Assembly (NCBI RefSeq): GCF_963675165.1
Contig: NC_087392.1
Location: 14,022-78,021, forward strand
DNA: 64,000 nucleotides
Reading direction: 5' to 3'
From: Halichondria panicea
Taxonomy: Eukaryota
Both the position numbers and the translations under genes were made by a program. Shown in pieces: positions 14,667 to 27,302 of the stretch. A model generated the notes under the pieces. It was not told where the DNA came from and searched no databases. It was given only the letters and a program-made list of their open reading frames with translations. Position 1 is the first letter of the stretch; the number at the start of each line of letters is the position of its first letter.

Positions 14667-15400
14667 CTACTGTATATACAGTGCTTCATATATGCATGTG
14701 GTTACAACAGCCAAGTTACCCAAAATATTGCTAGTGTATAACTTGAATTCTGTGGATCCAATGTCAAAAATTTTATGATTTTCTGAAAGCTCAGAAAAAG
14801 ACCTTTCCAATGGTGTCATCAAACTTTGTATTTGAGAGATAAAAGTATTTGCCAATTTGGTGATACCATGGATTATAGCCCATGGTCCGAGGCCGAAAAA
14901 TGTCAAATTTAGACTCCAAAGAAGTTTTGGATTAAAACATATCATTTGAAAGGTCTTTTTCTAAGCTTTCAGAAAATTAGAATATTTTTGACATTGGATG
15001 AACGGTACTCAAGTTAATGGCTGTTGAAAGATGTTCCCCCTGCACAATTTAATCAATGGTTTTGGGACTCTTTCAGCTGCTATAACTTGAATTCTGTGGA
15101 TCCAATGTCAAAAATTTTATGATTTTCTGAAAGCTCAGAAAAAGACCTTTCAAATGGTGTCATCAAACTTTGTATTTGAGAGATAAAAGTATTTGCCAAT
15201 TTGGTGATACCATGGATTATAGCCCATGGTCCGAGGCCAAAAAATGTCAAATTTAGACTCCAAAGAAGTTTTGGATTAAAACATATCATTTGAAAGGTCT
15301 TTTTCTAAGCTTTCAGAAAATTAGAATATTTTTGGCATTGGATGAACAGTACTCAAGTTAATGGCTGTTGAAAGATGTTCCCCCTCCACAATTTGGTTTG
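14667..15400 (-). repeat. two adjacent copies of the ~348-bp dispersed/tandem repeat family
   Basis: Near-identical blocks at 14667-15010 and 15080-15400. The same unit forms the tandem array at 40600-42640. The [27 protein letters not shown].. ORFs are translation artefacts of this repeat. Confidence 0.8.
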
Positions 15401-15689
15401 GACTCTTCCAGCTGCTACTACATGTACTACAGTGTAGTGCACTTGCAACAAAACCACAATTTATAGGTATGATAATCAAAACTGAAAGGGAAAATCATAT
15501 TTAGCATACATGTCGTTATTTCGGTCACTTCTGATTCTACAAAATGAATAATTCTAGCACATATTATTCTGAGAATAATAAAGACAGAACCTAATCTACC
15601 AAAAAGGGAAAGTTGGGACCAAGACACTCCAACTTGATTATGTACTTGACAGGAGAATGATGCATTCAAAAGTTAGAGTTATTGATTCG

Positions 15690-15915
15690 TAAAGAAATGA
15701 AGAAAAGTCCCCCAAGAGGGAATCGAACCCATGTCTTATCTATCATATGATCTACGAAGCCACCACCCTAACCACTAAGGCACTCCCAGAGATCTTTATA
15801 AGCCTATACAGATTAGGGGATTAGTTTAGGGTTTTAGGCTAGATGAAATAAAATATTATTGTGGTTTTTTTGCTGTAAGGTAATTCTCTGTTGCAAGTGC
15901 ACTGCAATCCACTGT
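15690..15915. mobile_element. tRNA-derived SINE-like element
   Basis: A tRNA-like module (gggaatcgaacccatgtcttatctatcatatgatctacgaagccaccaccctaaccactaaggc, including a B-box-like GTTCGATTCCC in reverse complement) is followed by an A-rich stretch and the conserved 3' box ttctctgttgcaagtgcactgcaatccactgta. Related copies lie at 21597-21850 and 42880-43165, and 3' box fragments occur at 37370-37545. Confidence 0.6.
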
Positions 15916-16116
15916 AAAATAATAATTTTAATAAACCATCAGATACAATACAATAATAACAATAGCTACAGTTCACTGGATCTACACTAGTACTGTGTCC
16001 ATCTATATATACACTAGCACTAGAACGGCATTATTGATCAGTCACAGTTGGTGAAGTGAAACTCTTCCTGCAATACAAACATGGGTAAGGGATACACTCA
16101 CTATGCAAACTAAGGC

Positions 16117-18192
16117 TTACTGTGCAGGAGGGTTCGTAGGGTCAAAGTGTTTGTGTAGTCCTTGCCAGCACTTGTAATAAGAGGGGTCCAATGTGAGGCA
16201 GCTCTTCTCTCCCCACTCTGTCACACACATGCTGAACATGCTCTCAAACATGAACGCCTGCAGGGTTCATAGAGGTCAATCAATACATGGTGACACAGGG
16301 TTCACATAGGTTAACACACGGTGACCTGACATGCAACAACCAAATCAGACAATCGACAATCCCAACTAGAAATCAAAGGTAGCTATCAAAGCAAGCCCAT
16401 TCAGCTGAAAATTAAGTCGCTGAAAAAGGAGCCATTTGGCAAGCTACTTGGGAAGTCATAATAAGTAATAGATGCATTCTGTAGCTCTGACTTGGTGTGA
16501 GCAAATCAAAGTTCTGGTAGGGAAGACTCACGGTACAATGTATGTAGGTCATGCTTTTCCATCAACATTTTAAGATTTGGGCCCATTAGCAAGTGTTGTA
16601 AGGACGTCACTCTCACTTGTGTGCCCTCCAGTTTGACTGGAGACAATGGAGCAGCAGAAGAGGCTTTAGAGAATGCATCAGCATCAGGGCCATGCGGAGT
16701 CATCATACTGTGTAGAGTGGCTCCTCCTGGCATAAAGCCTTCCTGTTTAGCCTCATACCGACCATGGATGAGCCCCATAAACTCACTCATGCAGTTCCCT
16801 ACAGGAAGAATAGCATACCTCACTTGAAATGTGGAGTCAACATAGCTACAGTGAACACAGTAAGACAATACATCATGTGCGTCCATAGCTACAGTGAACA
16901 CAGTAGGACAATACATCATGCGTCCATAGCTACAGTGAACACAGTAGGACAATACATCATGCGTCCATAGCTACAGTGAACACAGTAGGACAATACATCA
17001 TGCGTCCATAGCTACAGTGAACACAGTAGGACAATACATCATGCGTCCATAGCTACAGTGAACACAGTAGGACAATACATCACGCGTATAGTCTACACAC
17101 TGCAAGAGTAGATAAGCTTCTGCTTTTTTTCAAGCGAAGTGAAAATGGTGGTAGGAAATATTGCAGTGACTAATATACTGACTCACTGTGGTACCAAGGA
17201 GGTCTGAAAGTGTGCTCTTGTACACACCATCTAGGAGGGAAGATGACAAAGTCAGCCAAAGCCACTCCAGGAGTAGAGCTAGGAGCAGTGAGTACAGTGA
17301 ATATGGAGGGGTCCTGGGAATAGATACATTGGTTCTATATACTCAAAGGGGCAGTGAGATACTTACACAATGATCGAATGAAACAGCATTGACTGCCATG
17401 AACCTGCTCAGATCGTACTTATACGGGTAGTAGTTACCGTGCCAACCAACCACATCAAATGGAGAGTGGTCCTGTGTGTGTGTGGGCGGTAGTGTGTGTG
17501 TGTGTGGGTGGTGGTCTTACCTGCTCAGCTGAGAATAGCTCTCCCTGGAACTTTGACACAACGATGTATGGCTTCTCTTTGTCTTCGTACCAAGCGACTG
17601 GACACAAAAAGTCTCGAGGGTTCGCAAGACCGTTCGCACCTACAGTTACCATGGATACACAGTTACCAATGATAATGGACATTTCAGAGTGGTGCTGTAT
17701 ATATTCCCATACATGTACGCTATGAGTGTTGTATTGAAACAGCCACAGCTAGTGTATGTAATTATAGCGTGTGTATTTACCAATAGGGCCTAGTTGAGGT
17801 AGTTGGAAGTGTGCTCCAAATACCTCTAGGATGTATCCTCGTGAAGGTCCACTCACTGCCACTGAAAAGCGCTGACCTTGCTGTATTACTAGGATCTCAT
17901 TAGACGTCACTTCCAAACACCCAAATTCAGTGATGACACTCAGAGCACCTTGTTGAGGAACTGCAATTAAGGGGCTCATAATGACAGGGGCAGAGAGAGA
18001 ACAACTCCTCACCAATCAAGAAGTCACCATCAGCATTGTACATACACTTATTGTCCATGGACTGGTTGCAAGTGTACACATGAATAGCAATTCCATTTCT
18101 GAGCTTTGGGTCTCCAGCTCCACACACTGTATGCAGGCCCTACACATACACAGCTTAACACATGCACACACGCACACACACACACACGCGCG

Positions 18193-18255
<63 letters not shown>

Positions 18256-18676
18256 CTACGAAGTCTGTTGGTTTGTCAGGCATGGTGAATGGCTTCCAGC
18301 GCATCTGTAGGGTGAGGGGTAAGAGTGGGCGGGAGTATAATATAGGGGGGTACCTGATTGGGGTTAGGGGGCCAATCAAAAGTGTTAGTGAGGTCTCCTT
18401 TGCTCATGCGTTGGAAGGGTTGATGGACTACTGAGGGACGAATGCGATACAGCCAGCTCCTCCTGTTGCTCTCACGAGGAGCTGTAAACGCAGTCCCAGA
18501 CAACTGCTCACAATACAGACCGTAAGGACAATTCTGAGGATTGTTCTGAAATACAACAGCTCATGATAATCCAATGCAAGGCACACCGTCCTCACCTGTC
18601 CTACAGGCAGGGCTCCAGGTAGCGCCTCAGAGGAGATCTCACTACCAAACCCAGGATGATAGCGCAGACACTCCAT
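16117..18676 (-). CDS. HGD: homogentisate 1,2-dioxygenase, multi-exon
   Basis: Minus-strand exons, from N- to C-terminus: [27 protein letters not shown] (start 18676); [17 protein letters not shown]; [37 protein letters not shown]; [43 protein letters not shown]; [35 protein letters not shown]; [49 protein letters not shown]; and the C-terminus [46 protein letters not shown], with the stop at ~16117. Introns carry a 45-bp x5 tandem repeat (16835-17085) and a (CA)n run (18160-18252). Confidence 0.9.
16835..17085. repeat. 45-bp tandem repeat x5-6 (catagctacagtgaacacagtaggacaatacatcatgcgtc) in an HGD intron
   Basis: Direct reading: near-perfect copies. Confidence 0.85.
18160..18252. repeat. (CA)n microsatellite (~45 repeats, interrupted) in an HGD intron
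   Basis: Direct reading. It generates the HTHTHT / CVCVCV pseudo-ORFs. Confidence 0.95.
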
Positions 18677-18883
18677 TCCTATATCCTATATCAATCCACT
18701 TCAGCACTGTCCAGCTAGCTAGTCTGGGGTCGTTATTCGATCCAAGGCATGAAGTAGCCCCACCCACCTTTATGATTTATTGCAGCAGAATATAAACTCA
18801 TTTCAAACACATTTCCATTACAACAATGAGCCAAACTAGTAAGCACACTAACAGAGAGCAGTCAGTCAGTGAGGCATGGCTAA

Positions 18884-19760
18884 CTATAAAGATGGTGTTG
18901 TAGCAGTAGCCTTGACTTTCCTCCTCTCCTGGACATCCCAGTTATACACTCTGGCCATGTCCACCTCAATGGTGGTGATCTGATCCTTGACTCTATCCAG
19001 CTCACTCTGCACTTGAGTCAATGAACCTTTGGCAGTGGAGAGGTTCTGAGTTAACATGGCTGCCCCTTCCTCAATAGGGTACTCAAGCATCACATTCGCC
19101 TGCACACAAGCAGAGGCAACATTAGAAAACAATGAAGTGCACGACACAAACATTAACTAGATGTCACATAGCAGATTATTCACTATGTTCAAGCTTGCTG
19201 GGATCTGGGATATAGCTTTGTGTAATTTTTATGAAATAAACAGTTTTGGCAAGCTACTTTCGAGGTCATAACTTCACTAATATTGAGGAGATGCATTCCG
19301 TACCCCAAGCCATAACATGATAGAGTCAGTGTGAGGTATGTCTGCAGTGGCAAACACACTATCAGAGAGCATATAGTTGGTAGTGATGAGTCTGCCCTCT
19401 TTCTGCTTGCTCTGTAGAGTGGCCACAGTGTCCAGAGAAGTTTGTATCTCAGGGATTTGATCACGCAGCCTGCACACACACCCGTCAGTACACACGCGCA
19501 CACACACACACACACACACACAAAGGTCACCTCTTCTTCTTTTGACTCAGATTATACTCCATGAATTTGTATTTCTTGTAGAGCTCATCAAAGCGCCTAA
19601 TAACCACCTCAGCTGAGGGATTCTCTGGCTTGGCCATGAAAGACTCCACGTCATCCTGCATCACACACACACACTCACATACATATACACTGACTGTAAG
19701 GACACTCACGAGAAATATGGCCTCAGGAATAGTACTGCTCAGCTCCTTCTCCACCTCCAT
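18884..19760 (-). CDS. VBP1: prefoldin subunit 3 (VBP1), ~4 exons
   Basis: Exons read MEVEKELSSTIPEAIFL|gtgagt (start 19760); DDVESFMAKPENPSAEVVIRRFDELYKKYKFMEYNLSQKKKR; LRDQIPEIQTSLDTVATLQSKQKEG..DSIMLWLG; and ANVMLEYPIEEGAAMLTQNLSTAKGSLTQVQSELDRVKDQITTIEVDMARVYNWDVQERRK..* (stop 18884). Confidence 0.8.
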
Positions 19761-19892
19761 GCTGCTCTATCCAATTATACGATCCATGCTTCAGAAGTTC
19801 AAAGTTCAGCATTAGGTATTGAAATATTGAAACACTTTGCATGATATGTTGTCGAGCGACCCTGTACCAGATCTACACACCGTAAAGAAAGA
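19761..19892. promoter_or_regulatory. putative bidirectional promoter (~130 bp) between divergently oriented VBP1 (-) and aldo-keto reductase (+) start codons
   Basis: Both first ATGs are read directly: VBP1 Met at 19760 on the minus strand and AKR Met at 19893 on the plus strand. No TATA box is evident. The inference rests on gene arrangement only, and unannotated 5'UTR exons could change the spacing. Confidence 0.35.
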
Positions 19893-22080
<2,188 letters not shown>

Positions 22081-22611
22081 ACTCTGACTCTTTAGAAACT
22101 ATAGCCACAGAATAGCCACAGGTGTTAGTTTATTTTTTAGTTTTTATAATTATTAGACAGTTGAGTTGACCAAAAAACAATTTTTACAATGATAAGTACC
22201 AGGGTACCTAGTTATGTATACAAGCAGGAGTGCACTCCTGATACAAGTGATGGGTTGGTTAATCATTATATCAATAAAGGTGTGAGGGTGATAGTTGGGA
22301 GCTAGCTTGTCGTGCAAAGTTCTGCTCATTTCTTTGCCTTGCTAGTTTCCTTGCCTGTGCCTCTGTGTGGCTAATAGAGTGAGAGCTCCTGGTACCATAG
22401 TAACTACCAAGCTTCTTGAGGGAACTATACTTGCTCACATTATCAGCAATCTGCATAAGCAAATACATGCATTATAATAATACCCCACTCTAAGAAAGGC
22501 CAACTACACAACATAAAGGCCAGGTCCCAAATGAATATGAAGCAACCAAGGCCAGCTCTGTGTATAAGAGCCAACACTCTGTATTATACTGAGGGGTTCC
22601 ACTGTACATGA

Positions 22612-24701
22612 TTATACCTCTTTCTCCACGGGATTGCTCATTCTGCTGCCATGTATGTCCAGTACAGTGAGTGTTGTATTGCTCTGACAGAGGACCTCAC
22701 ACAGTCTAGTCCCACCCTCATCTCCAAATGGATTGTCTCCAATTAGCAGCATATCGAGACCAGAGTTGACTGCCAGGCACTCTGCAAGTGCTGCCACTGC
22801 ATTGTCTCCCAACAGGTTGCTAGAGAGTAGTACTTTACGCAGCGATTGATTGTGTCTCAACATGTCAGCAATGCTCTTGCCTCCATCATCAGCTAAAGAG
22901 AAGGGAGTAGTGAGTCTGTCATAGCACTACCAAACACCTACTAAATGCAACTTTTAAATTTAAAATCGGACGTTCTTAGTAGTACAAGTACAACCCTCAA
23001 AGGCCTGATTCTAAAATACCCACATATAATTATAGACCAGGCTCTTCAATTGCTGATTCAATGCTATCAAACAGCTACTAGTTAGGGCACCTATTTGGTT
23101 TCCTCCTAATCCGAGGGATCGCAGAGTGGTGTTCAACTTGAGTGCTGCTGCTAGATGTCCCGCCCCCTCATCTCGTATCTCATTACCCCCCAAACCAATA
23201 GACTGCAGACTGCACACGTTGTCTGAGAGTGGAGATATTGTAATCTCTATATCTAATGTTTGTATGAACTATAATTATTATACTCATGCTGCTATAACTT
23301 CGTAAGCTCAGAATAGTGACGTAGAATCTTATTCCACAGTTTTAATTTTTCAGATTAGCTAATGCTCTAAAATGAATGCCCTGGATTAATCCGCTATACA
23401 GTACCTTGCAATAGAGTGGCTAGATGCAGTGCCCCCTTGTCCCCCAGCTCATTGCCCCCCAGACCCATCCACAGGAGACTGTTGTTGTCCTGTAGACTCT
23501 GGGAGAGAGCCCAAGCACCTTCTGCTCCAATGTGGTTACTACCCAGTCCAATCCACAGCAGTGTCTTGTTGCCCTACACACACACAACAATATTTAGACT
23601 ATAGAATAACAACATTCACAATATGGGATTGTTAGCATTCTGTTGGAGCTAGTAACGTGAACAGTGGACACAATTCCTCCCACCAAACTATACTTGTTGT
23701 ATACCCAAACACACACACACACACAGTAGTAATTGCACACACCATCAGTGTAACTGACACACTGACATGGCTCCTTGTAAATGTGTAGCGGACATTGTTA
23801 CCTGCAGCCCCTCTGCCAAGCGTTGTGCTCCTTGTCCTGAGATATCATTCTGCCAGAGAGACAATCCCTCCAGTTTAAAGTTGAGTTTGAGAGATCCTCC
23901 CAAATACTGAGCACTCACATCTGTCAGACTGTTGGTCCCCACTTCTAGAGTCACTAGTGTTCTGTTCCTACACAGAGCTGTAGAGTGGGTGAGTGTGAGA
24001 AGTGGAGTGGGCGGGAATGATAGCTCTTACCAGTGGCCAAAGCCTCAAGTCCTCTGTCTCCAATATCACAGTTATTGAGGGCAAGATGTTGTAGTACTTT
24101 GTTAGTCTCTAGTACAGCAGCTAGACTCTCTGCACCCTCAGGGCCAATCTGTGCAGCAAGTGAGTGGGTGTATGACTGGGAAAGGGGAAGGGCTGACTGA
24201 CTGACTGACTGTACCTGCTCATTGTCTGATAGGTTGAGTTTGGTGATGTTGCAAGTGAGGAAAGAGTTGCACAGTGTGTCTGATATGTGCTGAACACTCA
24301 CAGGGCCCACACCACAGCCTACCACACTCAGCTCCTCTACAACACTGCACAGGGTGGAAATAAGGTGATAGGCTTTAAAGTAAACACATCTCCCTGGAGA
24401 CACAGTATATTTTACATAAACAACTGAGTAGACATGGCAATAATCCTGTACATTAGAGGCCTACCTAGAGTCTATAGTGAGGTAGCTAGAGCCTTTAGTG
24501 AGGCAGCTAGAGCCGTTAGTGAGGCAGCTAGAGCCTATAGAGCCAGGTACCTGTTCCTTCTGAGAGCTTCAGAGAGCTTCCTAATAGACTTGTCTGATAC
24601 TTGCAAGCCCTCCACTTTGACCTCAGTAGTTCCACTACCATTCTCCTTAATATCCCTGCGCAGATGACTCAGTTTAGAGGCGTCCTGGCCCATGGCTGCA
24701 G
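22612..24701 (-). CDS. leucine-rich-repeat protein of ribonuclease-inhibitor / NLRC3-like type, multi-exon, with N-myristoylation-type N-terminus
   Basis: N-terminal exon MGQDASKLSHLRRDIKENGSGTTEVKVEGLQVSDKSIRKLSEALRRN|gtacct (start 24701). Downstream exons carry consecutive ~28-aa RNI-type LRRs (LNLSDNEQ..GAESLAAVLETNKVLQHLALNNCDIGDRGLEALA; SLWQNDISGQGAQRLAEGLQ; LGLGGNQIGA..; SIGLGGNEIRDEGAGHLAAALKLNTTL; LLIGDNPFGDEGGTRLCEVLCQSNTTLTVLDIHGSRMSN), ending ..PVEKEV* at ~22612. No NACHT/NB-ARC exon was found in the window. Confidence 0.65.
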
Positions 24702-24825
24702 CCTGGAATAGTGATCAGTGTGTTGTGTGTATCTTGTTGCTTGAGACTTGAGGACCTCCCACTAATAATAATCATATTCATATCATACCGATGGTCTAGG
24801 TCGGCGGGGGGGGGTGTGTCGACAC

Positions 24826-25895
24826 AGCATGGCAGAGCTAGAGGACAAAGAACAACTGAGTGACTCTCAGCTGTGTGAGGAGCTGGCAAGGCTGGGTAGT
24901 CAGTCTGGTCCCATCACTGACACAACACGGCTAGTATACCAGCGACACTTGCGGAGGCTGTACTCTGGAGAGCACCCAGCAGCCAAAGGTATTTTTATCA
25001 AGGAGTTTGTATATTTACGAATCTCTTGCCTATGAGTTATAGTTATTGACTGGTTGACTATAGTAAATGGCTTATAACAACCAATGCTGAGGGATCATAT
25101 TCAGTGCTAGGACACAGTGAATCAGTGAATCATATTATGCTGTTATTGTCCACGTACGTACAGAGCCCTTGTCTGGTGAGGCTGCCTGCAATGTCAGTGG
25201 AGCCAGTGACTCAGGTGAGATCACATGTCATACCACAGCAATGTCTTCCGATTTCAAATCTAAAACTTGTAGTGCTACAATAATTATGATGTGCATAGTT
25301 CAGCGATACAATTCCGGCCCAATATAATTATGTTAAGAATCAGGCCTGTTTTCAGAGCTAACTTTGAGAGGCCATAACTTGTGCTAGGAACATCAGATTT
25401 CAAATCTAAAAGTTGCATGTAGTAGCTGCTGTAGGGGACCAGCTTGTACCATAGCATCTTGTGTTCCCTTTAGGTAAGGATGTATTCATCAGCTATGGGC
25501 GAGGGACAGTGGTCGGTCTGGAGGAGCTCAAGAGTCACCTAGAGAGTGCTGGCTATACTGTGTGGCTGGACTGCCTGGATATGAGTGGTGGGAGTGACTG
25601 GCATACTGTCATTGGTGAGGCAGTCAGGAACTGTCGTTGTCTAGTAGCCCTCATCAGCACCAAGTACACTACCTCGAAGCACTGCAAGAATGAACTGTTC
25701 ATGGCCAACTCACTGGGCAAAGCTCTAATCCCTGTAGTGCTGGAGACAGTGGAGGACCCAGGAGTACAGTTTGCCATTTCTTCTCTTAATTGGATACTAG
25801 CCACTGATGGATTTAGACCGAAGACAATCGCTCAACAATTAATACAGGGACTGCAAACATTAGGCATTAGTCCTCGCCACATCATCTTTCCGTGA
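24826..25895 (+). CDS. LEM-domain exon spliced in frame to TIR-domain exon (putative LEM–TIR protein)
   Basis: Exon 24826-24989 encodes MAELEDKEQLSDSQLCEELARLGSQSGPITDTTRLVYQRHLRRLYSGEHPAAK(g), which matches the LEM consensus LSDxELRxEL..G..PGPIT.TTR..Y.KKL, and ends at gtattt in phase 1. Exon 25474-25895 follows a ccctttag acceptor in the matching phase: GKDVFISYGRGTVVGLEELKSHLESAGYTVWLDCLDM..CRCLVALISTKYTTSKHCKNELFMANSLGKALIPVVLE.. (TIR with a conserved glutamate in the CKNELF context). A possible small intervening exon lies at ~25153-25205. Confidence 0.55.
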
Positions 25896-26989
25896 TTTCT
25901 TGTGTGCAGTACAACATTTGTTATGACATTCAATGAACTTTGTTTACATGGTAAAACCACTTTGAAGTTTACATGTCCAGTTTTCCTCTGATATAACGCA
26001 ACAAAAAGAATTGAATAAACAGTTGTTTCTTTGATGACCCTTTACCACACAAGCTCGCCAACAGAATTTGTTTCTTTGATGACCTTTTACCAGACAAGCT
26101 TATCACCATATGGAGACGGCTGGTGAGGAAAAGCGTTCACTTGTCCTTCCCTCTAGCAGCTTCCACAAGGCTGGATGTCGGGTGGATACTCACCCAAAAG
26201 GCCAGCAGCAATGGATCATGAGGCAAAAAGCATCGCAGCGAGTACAAGTGAGTGGCTAGTCATGATCAAAAGTGGACCACCTAGTATAGTGTATAGGCTG
26301 CTTTAGATGGCTGGCATTCTAATAGATATCATTACTAGTGATCAAACTATACAGCCTCTGTATAAAATGCATACATTGCTACACATTTGTTGACCCGTTA
26401 CTTCATTGCGTACAGTGATGGAGAGCACGAGAGGGGCGGAGTCAGTGACAAGTTGCTATGACAACAGATGATGATGGAATTACAAGGTGACACTGTGGAA
26501 TTTGCGTACAACCCATTGGACGTCTTTCACTGCAGATAGAGGAACACAATTAAGAAATAGTGAGTACTGCCGCGTGCAGAGTGTGACTCTTTCCCCCACC
26601 AGAACTGTGATCTGAGCATGTCATGTGATAGGCCTTGTCTAGAGCTACAGAATGCATCTCTTAGTTTTGATATTGATCGATTTTTCATAAAGTTATGACC
26701 TCCAGAAATCAGCTGGCCGAACTGCATCAACAGGTGATGGATGAGTTACAATTGACACTGGTGGGAGATGGGGACGACCCATTGGACGTCTTCATGGCTG
26801 CCTGGTGTACAGGTGTGATAAGTGGACGTCTTGGTGTACAGGTGTGATAAGTGGGTCTGTAATTATTCTTGTCCATACAGACTGAAGTGGATGGACCAAT
26901 AGCCATCTAGATGTCAGTGACTCAGGTGCATGGCGTACCATTAGCAATGTGTAATACTGTGTTCACTTCAGGCATGCAAGAATCTACTG

Positions 26990-27130
26990 TTGATGACCAA
27001 CTCACTGGGCAAAGCTCTAATCCCTGTACTGTACTGCTGGAGACAGTGGAGGACCAGGAGTACACATTGTGGATACGTACTAGCCACTGATATATGGCTC
27101 ACACCAACATTTAATTACAGAGACTGTAAA
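26990..27130 (+). pseudogene. decayed partial copy of the TIR exon (corresponds to 25685-25870)
   Basis: tgatgaccaactcactgggcaaagctctaatccctgtactgtactgctggagacagtggaggaccaggagtacac.. matches the TIR exon (..ELFMANSLGKALIPVVLETVEDPGVQ..) at ~90% with frame-breaking indels, and the matching tail tagccactgat..ttaat(t)acag(a/g)gactg(t/c)aaa(c/t)attag follows. The rest of the TIR domain is absent. Confidence 0.5.
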
Positions 27131-27302
27131 TTAACATTAGCTAGGCTCACAGTAACCTTGTTGAATAATTATATCATCCCGTCATAATAATTATTTCAGC
27201 TTTGACTGTATTATTATCATAATTATGATGAATAATTTACACAAATTTGCAGTCAACATTTTGTACAAACAGCAATTGAGACAGACAACACACAAACAAG
27301 TG

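Noticed and set aside
14667-15289. ORFs of 69-94 aa recurring many times ([39 protein letters not shown].., also at 41499, 41847, 42195 and 40576-40845): a candidate multi-copy small protein family
   Set aside because: They coincide exactly with the 348-bp repeat unit. They occur on either strand depending on the copy, have no conserved start context, and are interrupted in variant copies. They are translation artefacts of a non-coding repeat.
22271-22468. 65-aa minus ORF just downstream of the LRR gene as an additional C-terminal exon
   Set aside because: The LRR frame already terminates (..PVEKEV*) at ~22612. The ORF has no LRR periodicity, so it is probably 3'UTR or intergenic.
24826-25895. 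TIR domain as part of a prokaryotic anti-phage (Thoeris-like) defence island
   Set aside because: The exon is spliced with GT-AG boundaries and is flanked by unmistakably eukaryotic genes (LRR, CAMSAP, TRAF). No bacterial gene organisation exists anywhere in the window.
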